From the NCBI RefSeq assembly GCF_006345805.1, contig NW_021833416.1, positions 1-64,000 of the forward strand: a DNA stretch of 64,000 nt. Direction: 5' to 3'. This DNA comes from Octopus sinensis. Taxonomy: Eukaryota. Shown in pieces: positions 53,141 through 64,000 of this stretch. The stretch's first letter is position 1, and every line of letters begins with the position of its first letter. The position numbers were made by a program, and so were the translations under genes. The notes under the pieces were generated by a model. The model was not told where the DNA came from, ran no database searches, and worked only from the letters and a program-made list of their open reading frames with translations.

Positions 53141-54831
53141 ATAATTTAAAAATCCAGCGTTGATGATTTTTTCAGGTATAAAATTATTCCCATATTCCTC
53201 TGCGACTTAACACAAAACGCGCGCACAGGAGATCATTATAATAGTTCATCTTGGAATTGAGATTGTGAGAATTTCGATACGTGAGACTGTTGATTTTAAG
53301 AAGTTATTGCTCTAAAAGGCGCATAAATAACTAAGGAAATATGATGATCATTAATGTAAAAATCAAACTGGAACATATGACATATATAAGCTAAACAGTG
53401 ATTACAACCCTTATAAAATAAACGGAGACCTGCTGTTATCTTTATTGTTGCTGCACTATTTACTGCTGTTTGTTGATCTTGCTTAGTTCCATATAAGCCT
53501 TTATAGAACAGAAATAAGATCAAAGTTACTCTGTATGTAAAAAAAATCTTGTCTTTATGGGGGTATGTAGAACTGTGTTAGCTCATTGGTGTTTTCTGCT
53601 CATGCAAGTCAGTAAGATAGGATTTGTGAGAGCTGTTTGTCACCCACAGAAGATTATTATACCATCTGGATGTTATAGGGTTTTGCAGATGCCTCCTAAG
53701 ACGCATGAATTTGTTCGCCATTAAAGCCATTAAAAATTTGTATTTGATGTTGTATTTGGAAAATTCAATGAAGCTGAATAAGTTAGCAAATAAGAAATCT
53801 TAAAATTGAAATGAAATAATTGTGGAACGCCTGGGATAGCTTGAAGTATTAATCGATAAACTGCTTGGAACAAACAGAAATTTCGTTCGTAACTGTGGGC
53901 TTATTCCAGGTAACCCGAAAAGAAGATCTACAGGTGAATACAATCGTGAACACCGCCAACATTCTCTGCGAAATTTCCATTTGAAAAAGCACATAAATTG
54001 CTCGTTCGTATCAGATTGCTTGATAAAGACCCATTTAAATGCATGGACACGTAAATAATATTTATGGTGACGATAATGATAATAATAATAATAACTTTTA
54101 TTTATATCTATTGTCATATATGACAGCCGTTTGACAGGTTTTGAAATAGCCACTATTTTGCAATACGTTACTTAAATACGTTTTATGTGTTTATCATTAC
54201 ACATTACGTGTTTGCCATTACTATATCAAAGTAAGCGAACGTAATTTATAACTATACGCATTTGTCTGCTGGGGACAAGAAATTTTATATGCTTTTCCTT
54301 TATATTCTACTTTCATCGCAGAAATTTATTTCAATATAATTATTGTCATAACTGTGGGAGATGTTTCCTTCCCAATTTTATGGCTAATTGCCTCTTTTTA
54401 GAAGGAATGTAATGTAAAATTATTTAGAACATTAGAAACAATTTATCTCCAGTTATTAGACAGCGGCCATGTTAAGGAAGTCCCTTGAAGTAATTTAGTC
54501 GAAGGAATCAACTTCAGTATTTATGTATTTTTAAGCCTGGAACTTATTCTATCGATCTCTTTTGCAGTGCCGCTACGTGGAGATCGAAAAGAGACACAGA
54601 AACACCCTCTCATATATGTATGTATGTATATATGTATGTATGTATGTTGTATCTATCTATCTATCTATCTATCCATATATATATATATATATATATACAT
54701 GCATACATACATATATATATATTAATATATATATATATATACATACACATATATATATATATTTATATGTATATATATACACATTTATATGTATATATGT
54801 ATATGTATATATGTATGTATATATGTATGTA

Positions 54832-54881
<50 letters not shown>

Positions 54882-55189
54882 TATTGTGTGTGTGTGTGTG
54901 TATGCGTGTGTAGATAGATATATATGTGTGTGTATATGTATATAGATATTTATTTAGAATAAACAACATTGCGATTATTTGTGTCCTAATGAGTCATGCT
55001 AGGGCTTCTTTATAGAATAAAAACCGAGTATGCGATAACAGTGGCCATACCAGCAAGGGTTAACCTTTGATTTGATTTATCCTTCATGGACCGTTTCTGG
55101 AATCGGTTCGATATTTGGAAAAAGCAGATGAAAGACAAAGCGATATTGTTGCGAGTACGATACGACTAAAGCGAGTGTCTTATACGAAG

Positions 55190-56525
55190 TACAGTATTGC
55201 CTCGATATACGAATTGTTCTCCGAGTTGTTCCCCGGGAGCGCTCGTAAAGCGAAAACTCGTAAAGCAGAGAAATGATTTCCCATAATAGCAATGTTATCA
55301 ATGGTAATTCGTTCCCAGAATATTTTACCTATAAAATTGTATAATACTCGTAAACAAATGACAAAAAAACAACTATAGAATGTAAAGAATAGAAATATTA
55401 TTATTTCTAAGTTTCTCTAAATGAGACTACGGCAGCGGTACTGGATATTAACAGTTATCGCCAAGTTAATATGGCAGTCCATAAATTTGATCAGCTAATC
55501 AACGGCAGCTTTAGTCCTATATTTATGGACTGCCATATTAATTTGGCGATAACTGTTAATAATGTAAAGAATATTTTATGTAGAGTAAAAAGAATGTCGA
55601 GATCATTTATGATAAAAATAATAATTATCATTATAATCGTTTTCTGAATCACTTTCACTCGCACTAAACTCACAAACATCATCACTTGGAGATGCGATCG
55701 CCGATTCACAACCACTCGTAGACGGACTTACGGATTTCTTTTTTTTTTTATAAATATCTAGAGTTGTTTGCTGGGAAGCTTTTTTCCGCTCTCTATAAAT
55801 TTCTCGGTAACATGCAGAAGCATTTGTTGTGGTAGTAGAAACTTTTGTATTTCGCTAAAAATTTCTATCTTGCGCTTGAAAAAAATTCAGCTCAACATAC
55901 AAAAGTGAACTGAAGAATAAAACACGTAAACTAGAGGTTTCGTAAAGCGGATCCTTATAAATTGATGTATTGCTGTACTTAGTATCCTGTTTTCAGAGGC
56001 TTGGTTATGGTTACTGCATCGTATCGTACGGCGAAATCTGTCCCAAAACCCGAGTAAATAATGTCTTTGGTGATTGGTCATCATCCATTAATGTTTCGCT
56101 CTATGCGGTTTTTTCAGAATCGAAATAGGAAGAATCGAAATAGTAAATGAAGAAATTACCAAAATTATCTCCATTCCAATCAACGTCGCTTTGATCGAAT
56201 TTGATGCACAGGCATCAAATTCTTATTTTTCACATGTAAGATTCCATTTGCTTCGATACGTTTCTGTGTTGTTAATAACATTTATGAATTATCAAAATAA
56301 CTAAAGAGAAGCTAAATCGCCGCTGACGACCACCTGTGATGCAGCAGAATCGTTAAGTTTCTTCAACGATTTGCTGTAACCGCATGAAGTGTCACTTATT
56401 GCAATCTTAAATCAAGTGACAGATATTTAAGCAGGCGACCCACTGAGCGTCGTTAGCAGACAGAACGGAATAAAGTAGACACTTTCTGTAAGGTTTATTT
56501 TAGGAGTACGTTTCGTAAGAGGTAT
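55190..56525 (-). mobile_element. Decayed pogo/Tigger-like transposon (right boundary uncertain)
   Basis: TACAGTATTGCCTCGATATACGA terminus with CTCGTAAAGC subterminal repeats; minus-strand GFWDRFRR resembles the CENP-B-type HTH motif GWFDRFRRR. Confidence 0.45.
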
Positions 56526-56648
56526 GTAATAATAAAATATACACTTACCGAAAGTATAAATTAGAAGCAGACTTTACTTCCGACGCAGAGAAATTTTGAA
56601 ATATATTAATTATGTCTGAAAAATATTATTTACTTCTTTATTATTTAT

Positions 56649-56995
56649 AGGCGCTGGAGTGGCTGTGTGGTAAGTAGCTTGCTTACCAATTACATAGTTC
56701 CAGGTTCAGTCCCACGCAGTGGAACCTTGGACAAGTGTTTTTTACTATAGCCTCAGGCCGTCGTATATATGTATATATATGTATGTGTGTGCGTATGTTT
56801 GTGTGTCTATGCTTGACCCCCTAACATTGCTTGACAACCGATGCTGGTGTGTTTACGTCCCCGTAATTTAGTGGTTCAGCAAAAGAGACCGGTAGAATAA
56901 GTACTAGTCTTCCAAAGAATAAGTCCTGAGGTCGATTCGCTCGACTAAAGGCGGAGCTCCAGCATGGCCACAGTCAAATGACTAAAACAAGAAAA
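56649..56995 (+). mobile_element. SINE family A with internal deletion
   Basis: Head, CORE-like segment and tail present. Confidence 0.88.
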
Positions 56996-57007
56996 ATAGT
57001 GATATCA

Positions 57008-57263
57008 AAGATGCAAGTTGGCAGAATCGGTAGCACGCCGAGCGAAATGCTTATCGGTATTTCGTCTGCCGTTACGTTCTGAGTTCAAATTCTGCCGAGG
57101 TCGACTTTGCCTTTCATCCTTTCGGGGTCGATTAAATAAGTACCAGATACGCACTGAGGTCGATATAATCGACTTAATCCGTTTGTCTGTCCTTGTTTGT
57201 TCTCTCTGTGTTTAGCCCCTTGTGGGTAGTAAAGAAATAGGTATTTCGTCTGCCGTTATGTTC
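57008..57263 (+). mobile_element. SINE family B plus the start of a second unit
   Basis: Tail AAAGAAATAG runs into GTATTTCGTCTGCCGTTATGTTCT. Confidence 0.9.
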
Positions 57264-57319
57264 TCTCACTATGTAGCCATAGTGGGTTACACCATGGTTC
57301 CTCTGCTTTGATGTAGAAG

Positions 57320-57506
57320 TAGGAAGAAAGAGTGAGAGAAAGTTGTGGTGAAAGTGTACAGCGGGGTTCACCACCAACCCCTGCCGAGCCTCGTGGACCT
57401 TAGATGATTTGGTCAATAAACACTCACAATGCACGGTCTGGGAATCGAAACCGCGTTCTTACGACCGCGAGTCCGCCGCCCTAACCACTGGGCCATTGCG
57501 TTTCCA
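57320..57506 (-). mobile_element. SINE family D, 5' part
   Basis: Reverse tRNA-like head GGGAATCGAAACC..CCCTAACCACTGGGCCATTGCG. Confidence 0.85.
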
Positions 57507-58154
57507 CGCTGATGGTGTTGTCGTTGCGCTGCTGTTCTCAATATATCCGATATGATCCAGCAACATGGCGACTGTCGTGATTAACAGGTACGTGGTTCAG
57601 CAGCTAAAGTATCGATTCTCTTCTTTTCCAAACCAAAATCTCTCACTCGTCTTCTCTTTTTCTTTCCTTACGTCACTCTTATACCCTCTCATTCTCCCTG
57701 TTCTTCCCCTCTCTCTCTGTCTCTGTCTATCTATCTGTCTCTGTCTCTGTCTATCTATCTGTCTCTCTCTCTCTCGCATGCATACACACGACACATGCGT
57801 ACACACGCTCCTGTCTCACCTTCGTTATTCCGTCATGACACAAAAATGCCGGAGGCTACAAACCATTTGTTTCTCTTCAGTTATCTGCTAAAAGAGGAAC
57901 TGAAGTCTTCTCCCTAAATAATATATTTACAAGTCTATATTTAATCGTTGTCACGAAAGTTATCCTATCCTCCTCCGCCACAACATGATTGAAAAATAGA
58001 AGAAGAAAAATAATTAATACGACAGATTCAACAAACATACGTATATATATATATATATTATATATATGTGGTGTGTGTGTGTGTGTGTGAGTGTGTGTGT
58101 GCGTGTGCGCGGCATATGTGCTTATATGTGTCTGTCTGTATGTATATATGTATA

Positions 58155-58189
<35 letters not shown>

Positions 58190-58289
58190 GCAAATGCACA
58201 TATATATGTATATGTGTGCGTGTGTAAGTGTGTATGTGTGTATATACACATACAGAGAGAGAGAGAAAATGAAACATTGAGAATGGAAG

Positions 58290-58378
<89 letters not shown>

Positions 58379-58486
58379 CACTCGCTTTCTCTAAGAGACA
58401 AATAGCTCCAAAAACAAATTGCAACAGACATACGTAAGACTAGTAATGATAATGATGACTGTTATGATGATGACATAGAAGAAGGA

Positions 58487-58575
58487 GAAGGAGAAGGAGG
58501 AGGAGAAGAAGAAGAAGAAGAAGAAGAAGAAGAAGAAGAAGAAGAAGAAGAAGAAGAAGAAGAAGAAGAAGAAGG
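58487..58575. repeat. (GAA)n trinucleotide repeat
   Basis: Directly visible. Confidence 0.95.
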
Positions 58576-58850
58576 ACGTGTATGGTTGAAGAGTATGTGA
58601 TGGGGAGGAGGAGGAGATGGAGGAGGGTAACGGGAATACTTTTGGGAGGTGGTGGTGATTACGACACACCTAAAGAAGCCAATGAAAAACGCTTCTACAT
58701 AATACCTTAACCAGCGTTCTCCAGAATTCCTGAAAGTATGGCGCAAGCCCTTACAATGGATTCTGGCAATGTTTTGATGGTGCGAGGGAATTCAGAAAGA
58801 TCTTGGCAACGTTAGAAGTTGGGATCTTAAATGGAAACTATCGAAGCACT

Positions 58851-59006
58851 AAGAGATGAGGAATTATGTACATTATTTACATTATTTATATTTGTCGGAT
58901 ATTTGTCCTCATCTTGTTTGTCGTTAACACAACGTTTCGGCTGATATACCCTCCAACCTTCATCAGATACTAACCCCAAGATTCTGAGTTCGATTCCAGG
59001 CAGTGA

Positions 59007-59059
<53 letters not shown>

Positions 59060-59228
59060 TATAATAATAATATAATAATAATAATAACAACAACATTGGA
59101 AAAAAGAAAGAAAAAGATACCTTAGGAAAGAGAACCTAGGTTCGAAATTTTCCCAAAACACCTGATGAAATTTGAAAGGTATATCAGCCGAAACGTTGCG
59201 TTAACAACAAACAAAATAATGTAAATAA
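58851..59228 (+). mobile_element. tRNA-headed hammerhead element with inverted terminus, copy 2
   Basis: Body 58968-59228 (+): half tRNA head with GAGTTCGATTCC, (AAT)n, AACAC-CTGATGA...CAGCC-GAAAC-GTT-GCGTT; inverted copy 58851-58967 (-) with core CUGAUGA-A-GGUUG..CAGCC-GAAAC-GUU. Confidence 0.87.
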
Positions 59229-59694
59229 AGATATTTAATTTTCTAATCTTGTATAGCACCATTTTTTTTTTATCAATGTCCTGTTTCGGACATATTTAGA
59301 TAAACTCTGCTCGGTATGTGAGGTTTAAGGTAAAATATTGGAACCAGTGAAACTGGTCATAGAAATGTATTAAGTTGTTCGTGTGCCAGCTTAAGGTATT
59401 TTGGGTATCTATAACAATATATGGCAAAAAAAAAAATGTCAATAGAGCCATTCCTTAGCTCCTGTATTTTATTCGCAAACCTGACAACCATGGCTGTCCA
59501 CAGGGAAATATAACACAATTGTTTTCAGCTGACTATATCTCGATATGGATAAATCCACAACCTTTGCACCTCTATAAACTACAATTGTTCCTGAAAGTTG
59601 CTTTTTATCTTTTTTACGGTTTGATTGAAGCGCACCTTCTTCCTACACTTCGATGCTTAGATCGTTCATTCCTTTATGTGTGCCTGTCTGTATG

Positions 59695-59734
<40 letters not shown>

Positions 59735-59983
59735 GTGTGTGTGTGTGTATATACATATGTATATATATATATACATATAATATATATATATATATATGTG
59801 TGTGTTGTGGTGTGTGTGTGGTGTGTATATACATATGTATATATATATATACATATAATATATATATATATTATATGTGTGTGTGTGTGTGTGTGTGTGT
59901 TTGTACATATTTGTATATACATATATGTGTATTTATATAAATATGTATATATATAGATATTATATATATATATATATATAGTA

Positions 59984-60019
<36 letters not shown>

Positions 60020-60022
<3 letters not shown>

Positions 60023-60205
60023 GGGGAGAATTCACGGAAAAAACAAAAGACGAAGACAGGTGGTGTAGAAAACAAACAGATGTGTTAGTATAACCCTCAG
60101 GAATTGAAAAAGTCTTTTACGTTTCGAGCCTACGCTCTTCCACAGAAAGGAACACAGAAAGAAACAAGGAGAGAAAAAAAAGTGTAGTGGCTACCGATCT
60201 ATCAT
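60020..60205 (-). mobile_element. Penelope-like terminal repeat (second family) with variant hammerhead (about 60115-60149)
   Basis: Minus strand CTTT-CTGTGGA-AGAGC GTAG GCTC-GAAAC-GTA-AAAG; inserted in (TA)n. Confidence 0.7.
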
Positions 60206-61179
60206 AGATATATATATATATTTATAACTCTGTATGTATGTATATAGGTATATATGTATATCTTACTTATCAGCGAATTGTTTTTAGCCAACACTATATG
60301 TTACAATGAATGTAAACAATATGTCAACAAAATGAAGTCTATACACAGGTGTATTATTGTTTATTTTCCTGGTAGCATAGAGTGTGAATTAAAATGTTGC
60401 ACCTATAAATATATTCTTCAGAAGAGGATAACAAGGTAATCCTGAGTATATTGATAGACATCTTGGTCCCTTCTGTCTAGATCAATTGAATAATTTCTGG
60501 ACGAAAGACAAATCAGTTATCGTGATGGAAGCGCCTAGAGCTTATGCATCGAAATATGCATAACGTTGGATACGAACAAACAAATTTGTTTTGTTTTGCT
60601 CGTTGGTTATTTTTACACACTGTATAACAATATTATTGGTATACTTTGTTGCATTCGGTTTGAGAAAACAAATAAGCATGGACAAATATATATATATATA
60701 TATAAATACACACCATATCACAAATATATCTCCGAAAAAAATATCAATTCTATGTGTGTTACAATTTCTTCGCAAAATATATTCAATCGACTTATTTGTA
60801 TTCTGCACCAGTCATCAGACATTACAATAAAATATTTCACAACAAAGTCGACTGACATTAAACAGAAGACATGAAGGATCAACCAGTCCCAGAAGCGAGT
60901 TTGGAGCCACTATTGAGTCATGCGTTAAGCTAGAAAGAACAACTGAATCTCCGCCGAGCTGCATTTGACAATATCAAAATTTAAATGATAAATTTGGCAA
61001 TATAATCATAGATAATCTTATGAATACCAAATAGTTATACCTAGAATGTTCTTCATTATAGCTTTGGTTCATTAGGGAATACTTGGAATTAAAATTTAAG
61101 ATGAAGATTACAAAGAAAATTAGATGCAATATTCCCAGTAAACAAGACAGTTCATTTTTCCTGAGCGTAAAGATTTACT

Positions 61180-61360
61180 CAGAAATGTATAGAGAAAGTT
61201 CGTGGAAGTAAAATTTAAATACAACAACCATCTTTCTGCCTTTAGGCAACCCGAGAAGAGATATACAACTGCCTTCTTGATATTAATCAGGAGATTTGAG
61301 GACGAGAAAATTGATAGCAACATAAAACAGAAGATCTTGTCTAAGACATTTCAAAAGAAC
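61180..61360 (+). mobile_element. Penelope-like GIY-YIG endonuclease C-terminal relic
   Basis: KFKYNNHLSAFRQPEKRYTTA..IRRFEDEKIDSNIKQKILSK resembles the PLE consensus FK.RY.NH..SF....T.LS..IW.LK....I.W.IL.K. Confidence 0.6.
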
Positions 61361-61389
61361 GTTAAAGGACAGTATGAATACCAGAAGCG

Positions 61390-61812
61390 AGATATTCTCT
61401 CCCTGTCCGCAAGCCAGTGGAGATTGTGGCTCGTTGATTTTTGCTTTTGTCACTTCAAGCATGCGGAACCCATGCTCCATACGTCTGAACCTTTCCCATC
61501 GAGTGAAGATGCTTTTCTATAGCTGTGTTGGACAATTCCATTTTCTCTGGCATTTCCCTTGTTGTTTGTCGAGAATTTTCGTGCAGAAGTTGGTTTAATC
61601 GCTCTTCATCAAACTCAACTGGATGGCCTGAACGAGGTGCGTCTTTGAGGTCAAAATTTCCATTTTCGAACTTGACAGTCCAATCACGAGCGGTTCATTC
61701 AGCTATGGTACACTCTCCATACACAGTACAAATGCCGCGAGCAGCTTTTGCGACCATAGAACCTTGATTAAAATAAAAAAAGGAAGTGTCGAAAATGCTC
61801 ATTTTTCTTAAC
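61390..61812 (-). mobile_element. Mariner transposase N-terminal half, decayed
   Basis: Minus strand AARGICTVYGE..KFENGNFDLKDAPRSGHPVEFDEERLNQLL..GAWVPHA (HTH, RSGRP and WVPH motifs). Confidence 0.9.
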
Positions 61813-61954
61813 TAAAATTAACTAGAAAAAAAAAAGATTCTAAAATGATTCAAAAATAGAATTCTTGCAAATAATAGACTCCAAAATTTAAAAAATACGA
61901 CGGGAACTTAGTTGTCAACCCGATATATGTGTGTTCGTGTGTGTGTTTGGGTAC

Positions 61955-62010
<56 letters not shown>

Positions 62011-63240
62011 ATAAATGATATCTGTCTATGTCTGTGTATATGAATATATGTGTAGAAACAAAGAAAGAAAGAAAGAAAGAAGAAAGATAGATAGATAGAT
62101 AGATAGATTTTTATTGCATTTCTTCGTGAGAAAAATCCAATGTTTGCAATGCTTGGTGGGCCATTTCTATCACAGTTCTAAACGGGCCCCTCCCCCTTTA
62201 GTACCAGAAAATTCTTCCTTCAAAACAAATCCAAGACGAAAAGCGTGAAATAAAATAAGAAGTTTAAGAAAATACAATAATAAACAAAAGTTTTGAAAAG
62301 AGAAACATAGCAGGAAAAGGGCAAATAAATAGGGCAGTTCTAACTGTGGGGTTTCCATATGTTTGAATGTGTGGTAATTGGGACAGCCGAAAATTGTGTC
62401 AAGCAGGAGTGCCAGAGAGATGGGAACGAGTTCAAAATTCAGCACCGTCGCAGAAATGACACTCAGAAAAGTATGTCAAATATTCGACACTTTACGGTAT
62501 TCATAGATGTCACCACTCGCCAAGTAGTAGTAGTAGTAGAGTAGTAGTAGTAGTGGTAGTGGTAGTGGTAGTAGTAGTAGTAGTAGTAGTAGTAGTTGTA
62601 GTAGTAGTAGTAGTAGTAGTTGCTGTTGTTGTTGAAGGGATAACCTTGATATTTCTGAGAGGTTTGTCTTACACTTTCTTTCTTCCTTTCTTTCTCCCTC
62701 CTTCTCTCTATCTTTCTTTCCCCCTCTCTTTTCCTTCCCACACAAACCAATCAAATACTATATTTGCTAAGTTTATACAAACTTACACGAACTTATGACA
62801 TCAGTGATGCATGCACGTACACACTCACGCATACGTAGTTACAGAGACACATAGACACAGAGACAGACAGACAGACAGACAGATAGACAGATAATTAAAT
62901 AGACAGATACGTACATAGATACATTCATACATACATGCATTCATACCTACATATATTCAAACTTATATACATATACATATAGAGGTATGTATGTAAATTC
63001 ACACACACACGTCATGTTAGACCGTTAATCTCTACACATCTTTACCTGTCTTTTCTTTCTTTCTCCTTTTATTCCTCTCCACTCTTCCTGTCGAAGATGG
63101 TAGGCTTCAGTCGTCAAACATTTTTCCTATCTTGTCTAGCGTCAAACTAATACACCTGTTTGTTGTTCCCTCACCTGTCTTTGTCTTTTGTTTTCTGTTA
63201 ATTTGAACTATAAATGTATATATGTGTATGTGTGCGTGTG

Positions 63241-63430
63241 TCTGCCCAATTTTGAACCGTAGGTAAAGCTGGAATGTTGTCACCTAATGTTGCAACCATG
63301 TCAGCCTGAATGTCTTGGGAATGGAGGCTAAACTCTTGTACTGCACGTATTTGATAACAGCGCAAAGCCAAATCTTGTTCATTTTCAAGTGAAGTCACTT
63401 CTAGTTAATTTGGACGTTCTTTTTGATCAT
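63241..63430 (-). mobile_element. Mariner 5' fragment
   Basis: AVIKY..QDIQADMVATLGDNIPALPTVQNWA, a mariner first HTH. Confidence 0.75.
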
Positions 63431-63441
63431 ACATACATAGA

Positions 63442-63476
<35 letters not shown>

Positions 63477-63487
63477 CTATCTATCTA

Positions 63488-63518
<31 letters not shown>

Positions 63519-63520
63519 AT

Positions 63521-63579
<59 letters not shown>

Positions 63580-63834
63580 CATATATATATGATGGCCGTC
63601 AACTCGTGACCGAAGAAGACCATTGGTAACCTTTAGGAACATTGTGTGCTCTAGGACTAACTTATATTATGAAATTGCGGCTTCATTGGTGACTAATTAG
63701 TCCTGCTCTTGACAAGCATACACGACAAAAAACAAAAAATCATGCAGTTATTAACAGAGTCGAAACTTCGTAGCTCTAGCATCACTCTTTCATAGTGAGC
63801 CTACGAACTTTTCAACCCACCATCATGTCTTTAC

Positions 63835-64000
63835 TGAGAGTCCCTACGGTCATGACTGACCATGGGCTTGCACCTAGAAAGTTACCCTCCCAGGCATAAG
63901 TCCGGGCAAGTTTGTTTATGGAAGACCAGTAGTCGTCCATGCATACCGGCCTCCCCTCTCCACGCCACCAGTGTTATCAAAGGGAAAGGCAAAGGGGCCG
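63835..64000 (-). mobile_element. RTE-related / Ceph-domain-like SINE 3' part, running off the window edge
   Basis: GGAAGACCAGTAGTCGTCCATGC..CTCCCCTCTCCACGCCACC..AAGGGAAAGGCAAAGG resembles the RTE 5'-UTR-derived segment of cephalopod SINEs (from memory, not searched). Confidence 0.5.

Noticed and set aside
53300-54100. Very old minus-strand Penelope ORF relic (KISY, CVLGGIC and CNHCL-like words)
   Set aside because: The motifs are too short and decayed to support without a profile search.
56335-56384. Imperfect 50-nt hairpin as a pre-miRNA
   Set aside because: Short and bulged, inside a probable transposon relic; within chance expectation.

Overview
This is AT-rich, repeat-saturated eukaryotic DNA, most likely intergenic or intronic. 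The SINE repertoire suggests a coleoid cephalopod such as Octopus, which is an inference and not a database result. I cannot support any intact host protein-coding gene; nearly all ORFs in the track are read-throughs of (TA)n, (CA)n, (GATA)n, (GTAT)n, (TAA)n or (GAT)n microsatellites. Recognisable content: (1) at least five tRNA-derived or related SINE families in about 40 copies, one forming head-to-tail ~181-bp concatemers; (2) five mariner remnants, one of them full-length but decayed; (3) pogo/Tigger and hAT non-autonomous elements; (4) an RTE-clade LINE relic; (5) three R4/Dong-type RLE retrotransposon families plus a non-coding passenger, all in (TAA)n arrays; (6) several Penelope-like termini carrying type I hammerhead ribozyme motifs. 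The most interesting item is a chimeric retroelement present at two independent loci (46.4-46.7 kb and 58.85-59.23 kb). It combines a tRNA-like Pol III head, (AAT)n, a hammerhead ribozyme and a Penelope-style inverted terminal copy, i.e. an apparent Penelope-mobilised SINE/retrozyme. Other items worth a look: a 285-bp-arm inverted duplication, an inverted SINE pair sharing private mutations, two near-perfect hairpins, ETS/AP-1 and E-box clusters, and an Asp/Gly-rich ORF with a signal-peptide-like N-terminus. All alignments and coordinates were made by eye and repeat boundaries are approximate.
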